Source: Deltaproteobacteria bacterium (GTDB lineage: Bacteria > SAR324 > NAC60-12). From it: a DNA stretch of 64,000 nucleotides. This document shows positions 38,163 through 46,728 of the stretch, piece by piece. The stretch spans positions 13,726-77,725 of the forward strand of contig JAYOTF010000013.1 in NCBI GenBank assembly GCA_038150265.1, written 5' to 3'. The notes below the pieces were generated by a model, which did no database searches, was not told the origin of the DNA, and saw only the letters and a program-made list of their open reading frames with translations. Within the stretch, counting starts at the first letter, position 1. Each line of letters opens with the position of its first letter. Made by a program: the position numbers and the translations under genes.

Positions 38163-39739
38163 GCGCGGCGCCGGTTCCGGAGGCGGCTCAAGAGCTGCAG
38201 CAGCTGCGGATCTCGGAGCGCCAGTAGCAGGAGCGCGTAGAGGAGCCCTCCTCCTGCAAGGAGCCCAAGGAACCACCCCCAGTTGAGCCATGCCCCCGGA
38301 CCCGCAGACCAGTCATGCTGAGCGCCGGCGTAAACCACGGCGCCCATGAGCCCGGAAGCCAGCCCATAACGCAGGCCTGCTCCCCCGGCGCCCCTTCCGG
38401 GCAGGCGTCGGTGCAGCAGCGTTTGCAGAACCAGCCACTGAAAGGTGGTTCCGGCCGATAGTCCCAGCGCCAGACCGGTCACGTTCAGAGACTGGCTCCA
38501 CCACCACCCCAATCCCCCCGTTACCCCAATGCTGAGGAAGGACACCCGCACCGGCGTCCGGGCGTCTTTCAGGGCGTAAAAGGCCGATGTCTGCAGGCGG
38601 ATCAGGGCGACGGCCGGAAGGCTGAGGGCAAAGGCCTGCAGCGCCTGCGCGGTCTGCTGCACGTCGTTCCACCCGTAGGCGCCATGCAGGTAGAGCATTG
38701 CGGTGATGGGCTCTGCGGCTGCCAGCAGTCCCGCTGCTGCAGGGAACACCACCAGCAGGGTGGAGGCGGTGCTGAAGCGGAGGATCGCCACGGCGTCGTC
38801 CCAGCGTTCCTGGGCCACCCGCTTGCTGAATTCCGGAAAGCTGGCGTTGGTGATGGCAAAGGCAAACACACCGAGGGTCAGCTCGGTGAGGCGGCTGGCG
38901 TTGTAGTAGTGGGTGACCTGACCTTCCGGAAGGAAGCTGGCGAGGTTCCGGAGGACAATCAGGTTGAGCTGGTAGGCCGCGACTCCGAAGAGAGACGGGC
39001 CCAGCAGCCGCAACAGCTTCCGGATGTCTGGAGCCCAGCCCTGCTGTGGCTGCCAGAAGCGCTGGGGCCGGAAGGCCTGCCCACACTGCCGCAAAGACGG
39101 AATCTGCAACAGCACCTGCATCCCGCCTCCCAGCAGCACGCCCCAGGCCACCGTTTCAATGGGGTGGTCGCTCCACCAGGTTCCCGTCAGAGCGGCTGCA
39201 ATGATGCCGAGGTTCAGCAGCACGGGCGCTGCGGCAGGGGCCGCGAAACGCCGCTCCGCGTTCAGGACACCCATTGCCCAGGCCACGATGGACACCAGCA
39301 GCAGGTAGGGGAACATCCAGCGTGTCAGGTCCACCGTCAGGGCAAACTGCTCCGGACGGTCGGCAAACCCGGCGGAAAAGAGCCAGACCAGCTGGGGACT
39401 GAAGAGGATGCCTGCAGCCACCAGGAGGCTGGTGACGGCCAGCACAAGCGCCAGGCCCTGGGCCGCAAATTGACGGGCGGCTTCCACGCCTCGCTGCTCC
39501 CGGACCTCGGTGTAGATCGGCACAAACGCGAGGTTCATCGAGCCCTCTGCGGTCAGGCGCCGGAAGATGTTGGGAATCGTGAAGGCCTGAATGAAGGCGT
39601 CAAGGGTTCCGGACGCGCCAAAGAGGTGGGAGAGCGTCAGGTCCCGAACCGCTCCCAGGAGGCGGGAGAGCAGGGTGAAGCCCGCAATGATCCCGGAGCC
39701 TCTGAGGATGCTCCGGGAGGACGACGTGGAGGCAGACAC
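38153..39739 (-). CDS. murJ: Lipid II flippase MurJ
   Basis: TLLSRLLGAVRD, AFTIPNIFRRLTAEG, AFVP, ASRLTEL, FYALKDARTP. Confidence 0.94.
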   Translation of the reverse strand: MSASTSSSRSILRGSGIIAGFTLLSRLLGAVRDLTLSHLFGASGTLDAFIQAFTIPNIFRRLTAEGSMNLAFVPIYTEVREQRGVEAARQFAAQGLALVLAVTSLLVAAGILFSPQLVWLFSAGFADRPEQFALTVDLTRWMFPYLLLVSIVAWAMGVLNAERRFAAPAAAPVLLNLGIIAAALTGTWWSDHPIETVAWGVLLGGGMQVLLQIPSLRQCGQAFRPQRFWQPQQGWAPDIRKLLRLLGPSLFGVAAYQLNLIVLRNLASFLPEGQVTHYYNASRLTELTLGVFAFAITNASFPEFSKRVAQERWDDAVAILRFSTASTLLVVFPAAAGLLAAAEPITAMLYLHGAYGWNDVQQTAQALQAFALSLPAVALIRLQTSAFYALKDARTPVRVSFLSIGVTGGLGWWWSQSLNVTGLALGLSAGTTFQWLVLQTLLHRRLPGRGAGGAGLRYGLASGLMGAVVYAGAQHDWSAGPGAWLNWGWFLGLLAGGGLLYALLLLALRDPQLLQLLSRLRNRRRAQE

Positions 39740-40255
39740 TTAGGGGCGGGGCAGAAAACGGTAGTTCTTGGGCGCATAGGGCGAGACGTCCTTGCGCTCC
39801 TGCCACAGGGTCTTGGCGTCATTGAGGCGCCGGTAGGCCAGGGGGTCGTTGGGCGACAGGTTCTCCAACGCCTTCTTGCGGGCCGCTGTGGTTTGCAGGC
39901 CCTGATAGTTCAGAGGCGTGTTCAGCGGAGGCGGATTGCGGTGGTACTCCTGAAGCTCTTCCACCGTGGTCCGGAGCCGGCGGTAGTTCAGCGAGCGGTT
40001 GGGGGATTCCACCGGAGGCGGATTCTTGGCTTCTCCCACGTGTTCCCGCAGCCCTCGGTAGTCCAGTGGCGGGTTCGGACTGTTGGCCGCCGTGGGGCGG
40101 AAGCGGGACTGCTGCTTGGCAACGCTCAGGATCGAGCGGGCCATGGAACCATTATCGGGAACGCGAGCAGGCTGGGTGGACTGGCTTTGGGCCAGGAGGA
40201 CCACCCCTCCGGTCATCATGCCCAACAGGCTTCCCCAGATTTTCCATCGTGTCAT
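39740..40255 (-). CDS. Secreted hypothetical protein with five short PxxYxxL repeats
   Basis: Signal-like N-terminus MTRWKIWGSLLGMMTGGVVLLA; repeats PLDYRGL, SLNYRRL, PLNYQGL, PLAYRRL, PKNYRFL; stop abuts the murJ start. Confidence 0.7.
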   Translation of the reverse strand: MTRWKIWGSLLGMMTGGVVLLAQSQSTQPARVPDNGSMARSILSVAKQQSRFRPTAANSPNPPLDYRGLREHVGEAKNPPPVESPNRSLNYRRLRTTVEELQEYHRNPPPLNTPLNYQGLQTTAARKKALENLSPNDPLAYRRLNDAKTLWQERKDVSPYAPKNYRFLPRP

Positions 40256-40354
40256 GATTGCGTGAAATGCGTGTGTTGGAAGGATGCCTCGCATCCGGAT
40301 GCTTAACCTCATGCAACCTTCGGCCCCGATTGGCGCATTCGGCCTCCGGAAGCG

Positions 40355-41143
40355 TCAGAACCCGCTACAGAATGGGCTCAGCTCGCTCCGGGCGGCGCAA
40401 AGGGCCTCGGCACACCGAGCCAGCTCCACGGGCACACGTCCGGACAGGTTCTGGCGAGCAGCACTGGCGCACCGGACCGTCCGGGCGGCTTCATCCGACA
40501 CGCGTCCTGATCCGGCAGCACAGACCTCGCCAACGGCTTTCAGCTCCGACCACTCCGGAAGCGACTGCAACTCGCGCAAAACGGGTTCCCGAACCCTCCG
40601 GAGGACCCGAACCTGCTGGCGTGGATCGGTCAGCTCCGCACACGTCGGGGCACGTTTCACAACCTCGGAGGAGCGCGACGGCTGGGGGTTCCAGAGCTGC
40701 CAGAGCGCCACCATCAGGGCGAGGCCAATGAGGATGAACAGGACCGCCAGCAGGCCGGCCCAGGGAAAGCGTCGGCGCGGCTTGCCCCGGTCTCGGAAGT
40801 GCAGCTGAAACAGCTGAACCTTGCCCTGCGAGGACTCTTCGTTGAGGCCGGGCGTTTTGCCAAAGTTGAGGACGGTGCCCACCAGCTCCACCCGTTCCAC
40901 CTCCGGAGCGTCCATGGCCTGGGCCACATCGGAGATGGCGATCAGCTTGCGGGTGTACTTGTCCAGAAGGCGCTGGACCTCCGGGCGTTCCTCCCAGTTG
41001 TCGCGGGTGATGTGCGGCGCGGTGATTTTGGCGAAGTCCGCCTTGCTGAAGATCTGAGCCTTGCGTCCGGCCGGAGGACCGTTGTCGCAGACCCCGATGG
41101 GGCGCCATTCGCTGAAGGGGATCTTGTCGTCCGGTGCCGGCAT
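40355..41143 (-). CDS. Bitopic membrane hypothetical protein with Cys-rich C-terminal domain
   Basis: TM segment PRRRFPWAGLLAVLFILIGLALMVALW; six Cys after it; starts 3 nt after the exbD stop. Confidence 0.7.
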   Translation of the reverse strand: MPAPDDKIPFSEWRPIGVCDNGPPAGRKAQIFSKADFAKITAPHITRDNWEERPEVQRLLDKYTRKLIAISDVAQAMDAPEVERVELVGTVLNFGKTPGLNEESSQGKVQLFQLHFRDRGKPRRRFPWAGLLAVLFILIGLALMVALWQLWNPQPSRSSEVVKRAPTCAELTDPRQQVRVLRRVREPVLRELQSLPEWSELKAVGEVCAAGSGRVSDEAARTVRCASAARQNLSGRVPVELARCAEALCAARSELSPFCSGF

Positions 41144-41146
41144 GGC

Positions 41147-41545
41147 TTATTTCGGAGACACGCCAAAGGACACCTTCTGGAACCCGGCTTCCTGGGCAAT
41201 GTCCATGAGCTCCACCACGCGTCCATGAGGAACCCGGCGGTCGATCTTCAGGGTCAGGGGGCGGTCGCCTCCGCTGGCGTGAAGGGTACGCAGGGCGCCA
41301 GGCAGCTGTTCGGGCGCAAGAGCGGTGTTGTCGAGCAGCATCTTCCCGTCGGCATTCATTTCCAGCACCAGCTCCACCAGAACCTCTGACTGCCCCTGAG
41401 CGCTTTCCGGAAGCTGCATCCCGACGCCCAGCTCGGAGTCGAGCCGAGAGGAGACGACAAAGAAGATGATGAGCAGAAAGAGGATGTCGATCAGCGGGGT
41501 CAGTGACACGCCCGGGGTCCGCCGTTTCTTCTCAAACAGCTCCAT
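41147..41545 (-). CDS. exbD: Biopolymer transport protein ExbD/TolR
   Basis: LTPLIDILFLLIIFFVV with the conserved Asp; DRRVPHGRVVELMD. Confidence 0.92.
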   Translation of the reverse strand: MELFEKKRRTPGVSLTPLIDILFLLIIFFVVSSRLDSELGVGMQLPESAQGQSEVLVELVLEMNADGKMLLDNTALAPEQLPGALRTLHASGGDRPLTLKIDRRVPHGRVVELMDIAQEAGFQKVSFGVSPK

Positions 41546-42195
41546 CAGCGCTTCTCCGGAGTCTTGGGCAGCAGCTTGCTGACCACGTAAAGCACCTCCT
41601 CTTCAATCCGGAGGGTGAGGGAGTCGACCTTGCGTCCGAGCAGGGTGAAGGCCATCAGGGCCGGAATGCTGACCCCAAGGCCAAAGACGGTGGTGACGAG
41701 GGCTTCGGCGATGCCACGGCTGAGGATTTCGTTACGGTCCGGACCCTCGAGGGACAGGTTTTCGAAGACGCTGATCATGCCAATGGCGGTGCCCAGCAGG
41801 CCAAGCAGCGGGGCAACGCCGACAATCAGCTCCAGCACCGCAAATCCACGCTCCAGGGAGTGGCGCTCGCGTCGCGCCTGGTCGGCAAGAGCCTCCCGGA
41901 ACTGCGAAGGCGTGCACGGCAGCGCCGTGATGGCATGCTGCAGGATGCGTCCAACCGGATGATCGGTGGCGGGCTGGAGCTTGGAGGGACGTCCGGGGTA
42001 GGTGTCCACGGCCTCCCGGAGGGCGTCCAGGGCGTCTCGGGGCAGCTGCCGCGGCGTCCGGAGGACCCAGAGCCGCTCCACAATGACCGCGACCGCGAGC
42101 AGCGAGCAAAACAGCAAGGGCCAGATCAAGGGGCCTCCTCGGTCCAGCACCAGTGTCAGGTTTGCCGAAAAGAGGGTCAGAAGGGAGTGTTCCAT
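41545..42195 (-). CDS. exbB: MotA/TolQ/ExbB proton channel protein
   Basis: GGPLIWPL, IVERL, APLLGLLGTAIGMI, GIAEALVTTVFGLGVSIPA. Confidence 0.92.
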   Translation of the reverse strand: MEHSLLTLFSANLTLVLDRGGPLIWPLLFCSLLAVAVIVERLWVLRTPRQLPRDALDALREAVDTYPGRPSKLQPATDHPVGRILQHAITALPCTPSQFREALADQARRERHSLERGFAVLELIVGVAPLLGLLGTAIGMISVFENLSLEGPDRNEILSRGIAEALVTTVFGLGVSIPALMAFTLLGRKVDSLTLRIEEEVLYVVSKLLPKTPEKR

Positions 42196-42258
42196 GGGGG
42201 AATCCTAGTCAGTCATCAGTAGTAGCGGACACAACCGCCTGAAAAAATCAACCTGGGG

Positions 42259-43551
42259 TCAGCCGTCTCCCAGCAGCCCGTAGCGCTTCCGGACCTCCCG
42301 GAGCAGGTCGGCAAAGCGCTGGTGCGCGGGCTCCACCTGCACCACGCCCTTCATGGCCTTCTGGGCAAAGTTGAGGAGCGGGACCATCTGTTCGTGTGGA
42401 ATGGAGGCGACGCGACGCTGCTTGTGGGTAAACAGCGCAACCTGGGCAAATTCCATCAGGATCGGGACATCCGACTGGCTGGGCTGGCGGAGGGTGGTTC
42501 GCTTCACCGAGCGGTAGTAGGCTTCAATCACCCGGAGCAGCGTGGGACGCACCGCCTCGTCAACGGTGGTGTCGCCGCAGCGCAGACGGAGCAGGAGCAT
42601 CCGGAGTGCTTCCAGCCGGGTGCGGCCTTCCATGAGGAACGGGATCGGGTTTTTGGGCTCAATCGCCTGCATCCGTTCGGCGACCCGCAGGGCGAGGGCG
42701 TGGAGCGGGTAGACCTCCTTGATGACCTCCAGCACCGCCACCACCTTCCGGCTCAGCAGCGCCTTCTTGTCGGGGATGATCCGCGAGGAATGAATGTCTC
42801 CGAGAAACTGCCGGGCCTCGGAAGGCTTGGGGTCGTACTGGTTGAGCATCGACAGGTCGAGCGGGATGGAGAACGACGCCTGGAGGTTCTTCATCAGGTT
42901 CCGCGAGAGGTCCATGAGCCGGACCGCACACTCGACTTCCCGGACCAGATTGGCCTCGGGGGTGCCTTCTGCCCCCTGGGTGCTCTTCATCAGGTCCTGC
43001 ATGGAGATCATGTCCACGTTCACGCCCTTGAGCTGGCTGGAGCGGACGGTGAGGATCTTCTTCTTTCCGAAGGTGTAGACCATCTTCAGGTAGAGCCGGT
43101 ACGCCTGCACGGCCACCTGCAGGTGCTTGGGGGTGATGTGTCCGATGTAAAGCGGCAGGCAGGCCTGAATGAGGAGGTTCCGGTAGTCCTGAAAGGTTCC
43201 CTTGTGCCGAGACGAAAGGGCCGTCAGCACCAGCTTGAGGCGCGGCTCGGTAAAGGCCGGGTCGTCTTCGAGCTGCCGGACCCAGCTTTCCGACTCCCGG
43301 GAGCCGGCTTGAAAGGGCAGCAGGTCCCGGCCGTTGAGGTGCGCAACGGTGACCTCAGCGAGCACCTCCTCTTCGCCAAAGAGGCCCCTGAGGCGGTCCA
43401 CCACAGAGCGCTGGTGAAGGCGCTGGATGTCAGAGGTGATCTGGATCAGATCCGCCTGAATGGGGCCGAACTCAAGGTGCGGCATGCCCAGAGCCGGCGG
43501 TTTCCGCGACGAGGCCGCGGGAGCAGTCGGAGAGTCAGAAGCCACGGGCAT
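42259..43551 (-). CDS. Hypothetical cytoplasmic protein (about 430 aa, helical)
   Basis: Long ORF with protein-like composition between the TonB-C gene and exbB; ATG 4 nt after the upstream stop; no recognised motif. Confidence 0.7.
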   Translation of the reverse strand: MPVASDSPTAPAASSRKPPALGMPHLEFGPIQADLIQITSDIQRLHQRSVVDRLRGLFGEEEVLAEVTVAHLNGRDLLPFQAGSRESESWVRQLEDDPAFTEPRLKLVLTALSSRHKGTFQDYRNLLIQACLPLYIGHITPKHLQVAVQAYRLYLKMVYTFGKKKILTVRSSQLKGVNVDMISMQDLMKSTQGAEGTPEANLVREVECAVRLMDLSRNLMKNLQASFSIPLDLSMLNQYDPKPSEARQFLGDIHSSRIIPDKKALLSRKVVAVLEVIKEVYPLHALALRVAERMQAIEPKNPIPFLMEGRTRLEALRMLLLRLRCGDTTVDEAVRPTLLRVIEAYYRSVKRTTLRQPSQSDVPILMEFAQVALFTHKQRRVASIPHEQMVPLLNFAQKAMKGVVQVEPAHQRFADLLREVRKRYGLLGDG

Positions 43552-43555
43552 GGGG

Positions 43556-44476
43556 TTACGGGGCAAAATTCTGGACCTGGGCCTGAACGACATAACGCTG
43601 GTAACGCGCAATGGCCTCCGGAAGCGGAGCAAAGCGCAGCGTGGCGATGCCATTCAGCACCGCATCATCAAAGTCTCCCGATCCGCTGGTGACCAGCAGC
43701 TCCGGATCGACAGCCGTGCCATCGGGCAGAATCGAGAACTGGATCATCGCGCTCAGGCCAATCGGGTAGACCTGCAGGTTGAAGGACAGGTTCCGGAGGG
43801 CCCGGGCGACTTTGGGGTTGTACTGCTCCTGAGCCACAACATACGGGTCGACTTCGGCATCCAGGGGTTCAGGCTCCTGAACCATCGGGACCTCTGTGGG
43901 AAGGTCGAGGGGCTCCGGGGCCTGCTTCTGCTGAAGCGCCGGAGCCGGCTCGGCTTGTGGAGGCGCGGGCTTCCAGCGGTCCTGAGGCGGGATGGATCCG
44001 AGCAAGGCAAGTGCCACCCGGTCCGTCATCTGCAGGAGTCCGGTGGCCTGACAGGCGTCACAGAAGCTGGTGGCCGACCGTTCGATGGTGGTGGGCTGCT
44101 TCAGGTCCACCTGCTTGAGCATGAGCTGCGAGCTGCTTCCCACCCGGACGAGTTGAGGCAAGAAGATGCTCTCGGCCTGAAGGCGGTCACGGAGGTCTTC
44201 GAGGAAGCGGGACACCTCAAGCAGGCAGCGGCGGTCGGGGCAGGCTTCCGGGTCTGCCGAGTCGTAACCGCGCTCCTGAATGCGGCGCATCTCCACGGTA
44301 GAGAGCAGGGGGCCACGGTCGTTGAGGATCTCGGCCAGGCGGTTGGCAATCAGCTGCTGTTCCGCCTCTGGAACCTGACCGACCACATGGACGGGACCCA
44401 GCGCGTTGGGGGAGGCGGCCAGGCTGAGGCTCCCGATGAGGAGGAAGATGCTGGTAATCAGAACTCGAAATCGCAT
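43556..44476 (-). CDS. Exported protein with C-terminal TonB/TolA-like domain
   Basis: Signal peptide; Cys pairs CPDRRC and CDAC; Pro/Glu-rich linker (PAPPQAEPAP...EPEP); C-terminal IQFSILPDG...SGSGDFDDAVL...FAPLP. Confidence 0.75.
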   Translation of the reverse strand: MRFRVLITSIFLLIGSLSLAASPNALGPVHVVGQVPEAEQQLIANRLAEILNDRGPLLSTVEMRRIQERGYDSADPEACPDRRCLLEVSRFLEDLRDRLQAESIFLPQLVRVGSSSQLMLKQVDLKQPTTIERSATSFCDACQATGLLQMTDRVALALLGSIPPQDRWKPAPPQAEPAPALQQKQAPEPLDLPTEVPMVQEPEPLDAEVDPYVVAQEQYNPKVARALRNLSFNLQVYPIGLSAMIQFSILPDGTAVDPELLVTSGSGDFDDAVLNGIATLRFAPLPEAIARYQRYVVQAQVQNFAP

Positions 44477-44598
44477 GGAAACTCCGGGACATTCTAGTTG
44501 AAAACGATGGGCCAATTCGCTATAGTGCGGGTGGTTTTGCCCCAGGCCTGAGGACCAAGCCACCGGGGACTTCAACGAACTCTAGCAAATACTGTCCC

Positions 44599-44712
44599 AT
44601 GACGGAAACGACCTGGCAATTGATCATCACCATTTTCGCCGGAGTCCTTGGACTTCCCTTTTTGTTGGGCTACCTGTACTACCTGATGGACCCGAGCCGC
44701 AAGAAGAACTAA
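44599..44712 (+). CDS. Small single-TM protein (37 aa), not in the ORF track
   Basis: MTETTWQLIITIFAGVLGLPFLLGYLYYLMDPSRKKN; one hydrophobic helix with a basic tail; followed by a hairpin. Confidence 0.55.
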   Translation: MTETTWQLIITIFAGVLGLPFLLGYLYYLMDPSRKKN

Positions 44713-44719
44713 CGGTGCC

Positions 44720-44751
44720 GAGGCCTGGGGGCCTTCGTTTCCTCAGGCCTC
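44720..44751 (+). terminator. Hairpin after the small ORF
   Basis: gaggcctgggg...cctcaggcctc stem. Confidence 0.45.
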
Positions 44752-44810
44752 CCTCCTCCCCGGATCCTTCCCCTCCCTCTGCTGCTGCAACGCCCCCTGG
44801 CGATTGAGCA

Positions 44811-44838
44811 TTGACATTTCCCCCAAGCATCTTATAGT
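44811..44838 (+). promoter_or_regulatory. Sigma-70 promoter for ilvC
   Basis: TTGACA-16 nt-TATAGT. Confidence 0.65.
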
Positions 44839-44886
44839 TCGAAGGTTTGACCTCAGCAGTCCCTCTTACCCCTTTGGAGCATCCCA

Positions 44887-45936
44887 ATGAAGGAAATTGA
44901 AATCAACGGAATCAAAGAAACCATTATTGAGCGCTCGGATTACCCGATCGAGCAGTGCAAGGAGATCCTCTCCAATCAGACGACCACCATCCTCGGTTAC
45001 GGGCCTCAGGGGCGTGGTCAGGGGCTGAACATGCGGGACCAGGGCTTCAATGTCATTTTGGGGCTCCGCAAGGGGGGCAGCTGGGAAAAAGCGAAGGCCG
45101 ACGGCTGGGTGGAAGGCGAGACGCTGTTTGAGATTGAGGAAGCCGTTCAGCGGGCGGACATTGTGCAGTTCCTGCTTTCAGATGCCGGACAGATTCAGAT
45201 GTGGCCGACGGTCAAGGAAAACCTCAAGGACGGCGCGGCGCTCTACTTCTCCCATGGCTTCGGGGTCGTCTTCCATGAAGACACCAAGATCATTCCTCCG
45301 GACAACATCGACGTCATCCTTGTGGCCCCGAAGGGCTCGGGCCTGACCGTCCGGACGCACTTCCTGGCTGGCCGTGGCATCAACTCCTCCTTTGCGATCC
45401 ACCAGGATGCAACCGGCACCGCCCGCGAGCGCTGCATCGCGACCGCCTTTGCCATTGGGTCCGGACACCTGTTTGAAACGACCTTTGAGAAAGAAGTCAC
45501 CAGCGACCTCACCGGAGAGCGCTGTGTGCTGATGGGCATGCTGCAGGGCGCGTTCCTGGCCCAGTACGAGGTGCTCCGTGAGCATGGGCACTCCCCCTCC
45601 GAAGCGTACAACGAAACCATTGAGGAGGCCCTGCAGAGCCTCTATCCGCTTGTGGCCGAGAAGGGCATGGACTGGATGTATGCCAACTGCTCCACCACCG
45701 CCCAGCGCGGAGCCCTGGACTGGGCGCCACGCTTCTACAAGGCGATCAAGCCGGTTGTGGAAGAGTGCTACCAGAGCGTCCTCAGCGGCAACGAAGCCCG
45801 GATCTCCATTGAGTCCAACTCCCGTCCGGACTACCGGGTGCAGCTGGAGAAGGAGCTGGCCGAGATCGACTCGCAGGAGATGTGGCAGGCTGGAAAGCTG
45901 CTGCGTCCGCTGCGTCCGGAAAACGCGGAGCTGTAA
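44887..45936 (+). CDS. ilvC: Ketol-acid reductoisomerase
   Basis: GYGPQGRGQGLNMRD, FSHGF, VAPKGSG, SDLTGER, CSTTAQRGALDW. Confidence 0.96.
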   Translation: MKEIEINGIKETIIERSDYPIEQCKEILSNQTTTILGYGPQGRGQGLNMRDQGFNVILGLRKGGSWEKAKADGWVEGETLFEIEEAVQRADIVQFLLSDAGQIQMWPTVKENLKDGAALYFSHGFGVVFHEDTKIIPPDNIDVILVAPKGSGLTVRTHFLAGRGINSSFAIHQDATGTARERCIATAFAIGSGHLFETTFEKEVTSDLTGERCVLMGMLQGAFLAQYEVLREHGHSPSEAYNETIEEALQSLYPLVAEKGMDWMYANCSTTAQRGALDWAPRFYKAIKPVVEECYQSVLSGNEARISIESNSRPDYRVQLEKELAEIDSQEMWQAGKLLRPLRPENAEL

Positions 45937-45951
45937 GCCTTCCTTCCGTTT

Positions 45952-45974
45952 GGCGGCAGGCTCGGCTTGCCGCC
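45952..45974 (+). terminator. Hairpin after ilvC
   Basis: ggcggcaggc-tcg-gcttgccgcc. Confidence 0.45.
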
Positions 45975-46011
45975 TCACTCACCCTCTTCCCTCCTGTCTG
46001 TTGCATCCGAA

Positions 46012-46473
46012 ATGAAGTACTGGTTGATGAAGTCGGAGCCCAACGTCTTTTCCCTCCAGGACCTCCAGCAGTGTCCGAATCAGACGGAACCGTGGGACGG
46101 CATCCGGAACTACCAGGCCCGGAACTTCATGCGGGACGAGATGCGCATCGGCGACCGGGTGCTCTTCTACCACAGCAACATCAACCCCAGCATCGTCGGA
46201 ACCGCTCGCATTGCCAGCGAACCCTACCCTGACCCCACGGCGTGGGATCCGGACAGCAAGTACTTTGACCCCAAGAGTTCCCCTGAGAACCCGCGCTGGA
46301 TTTTGGTGGACGTCGCGTTTGAGTCCGAATTTCCTCGACCTCTGCCGCTTGCCGAGTTGCGTGAAACGCCGGGGCTCGAAGACATGCTCCTGCTCCGCAA
46401 GGGCCAACGCCTCTCGATTCAGCCCGTCACCGAAGCCGAGTTTGAGGTGGTCCTCAAGCTGGCGTCGTCGTAA
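46012..46473 (+). CDS. EVE domain protein
   Basis: MKYWLMKSEP, WDGIRNYQARNFMRD, FYHS, YFDPKS, RLSIQPV. Confidence 0.94.
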   Translation: MKYWLMKSEPNVFSLQDLQQCPNQTEPWDGIRNYQARNFMRDEMRIGDRVLFYHSNINPSIVGTARIASEPYPDPTAWDPDSKYFDPKSSPENPRWILVDVAFESEFPRPLPLAELRETPGLEDMLLLRKGQRLSIQPVTEAEFEVVLKLASS

Positions 46474-46728
46474 GCCTCCTCTTCTGCTGGCTCCGTCATC
46501 ATTGTGAGCCACCTGCGGGTGAACCCGCTCGCGCCCCGAACGCCTCCCCTTCCCCCTTCCCCTTGCCGCCTCTGAGGAGATCCTCGGGGCGAAGAGGCTT
46601 TTTTGGCCTCGATTCGGACGAAAAACGCAACAATTCCTTCTCAAGGCCTCGTTTTTCGTTATCATGTGGAACCAGATTACATTTCTTTGGGTTTATTTCT
46701 GTTGGATCTCATGTAAAGGAGGGGGGAC

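Noticed and set aside
46660..46685. CRP/FNR-like inverted repeat atgtgg..ttacat upstream of the acyl-CoA ligase
   Set aside because: Spacing and half-sites deviate from consensus; too weak to call.
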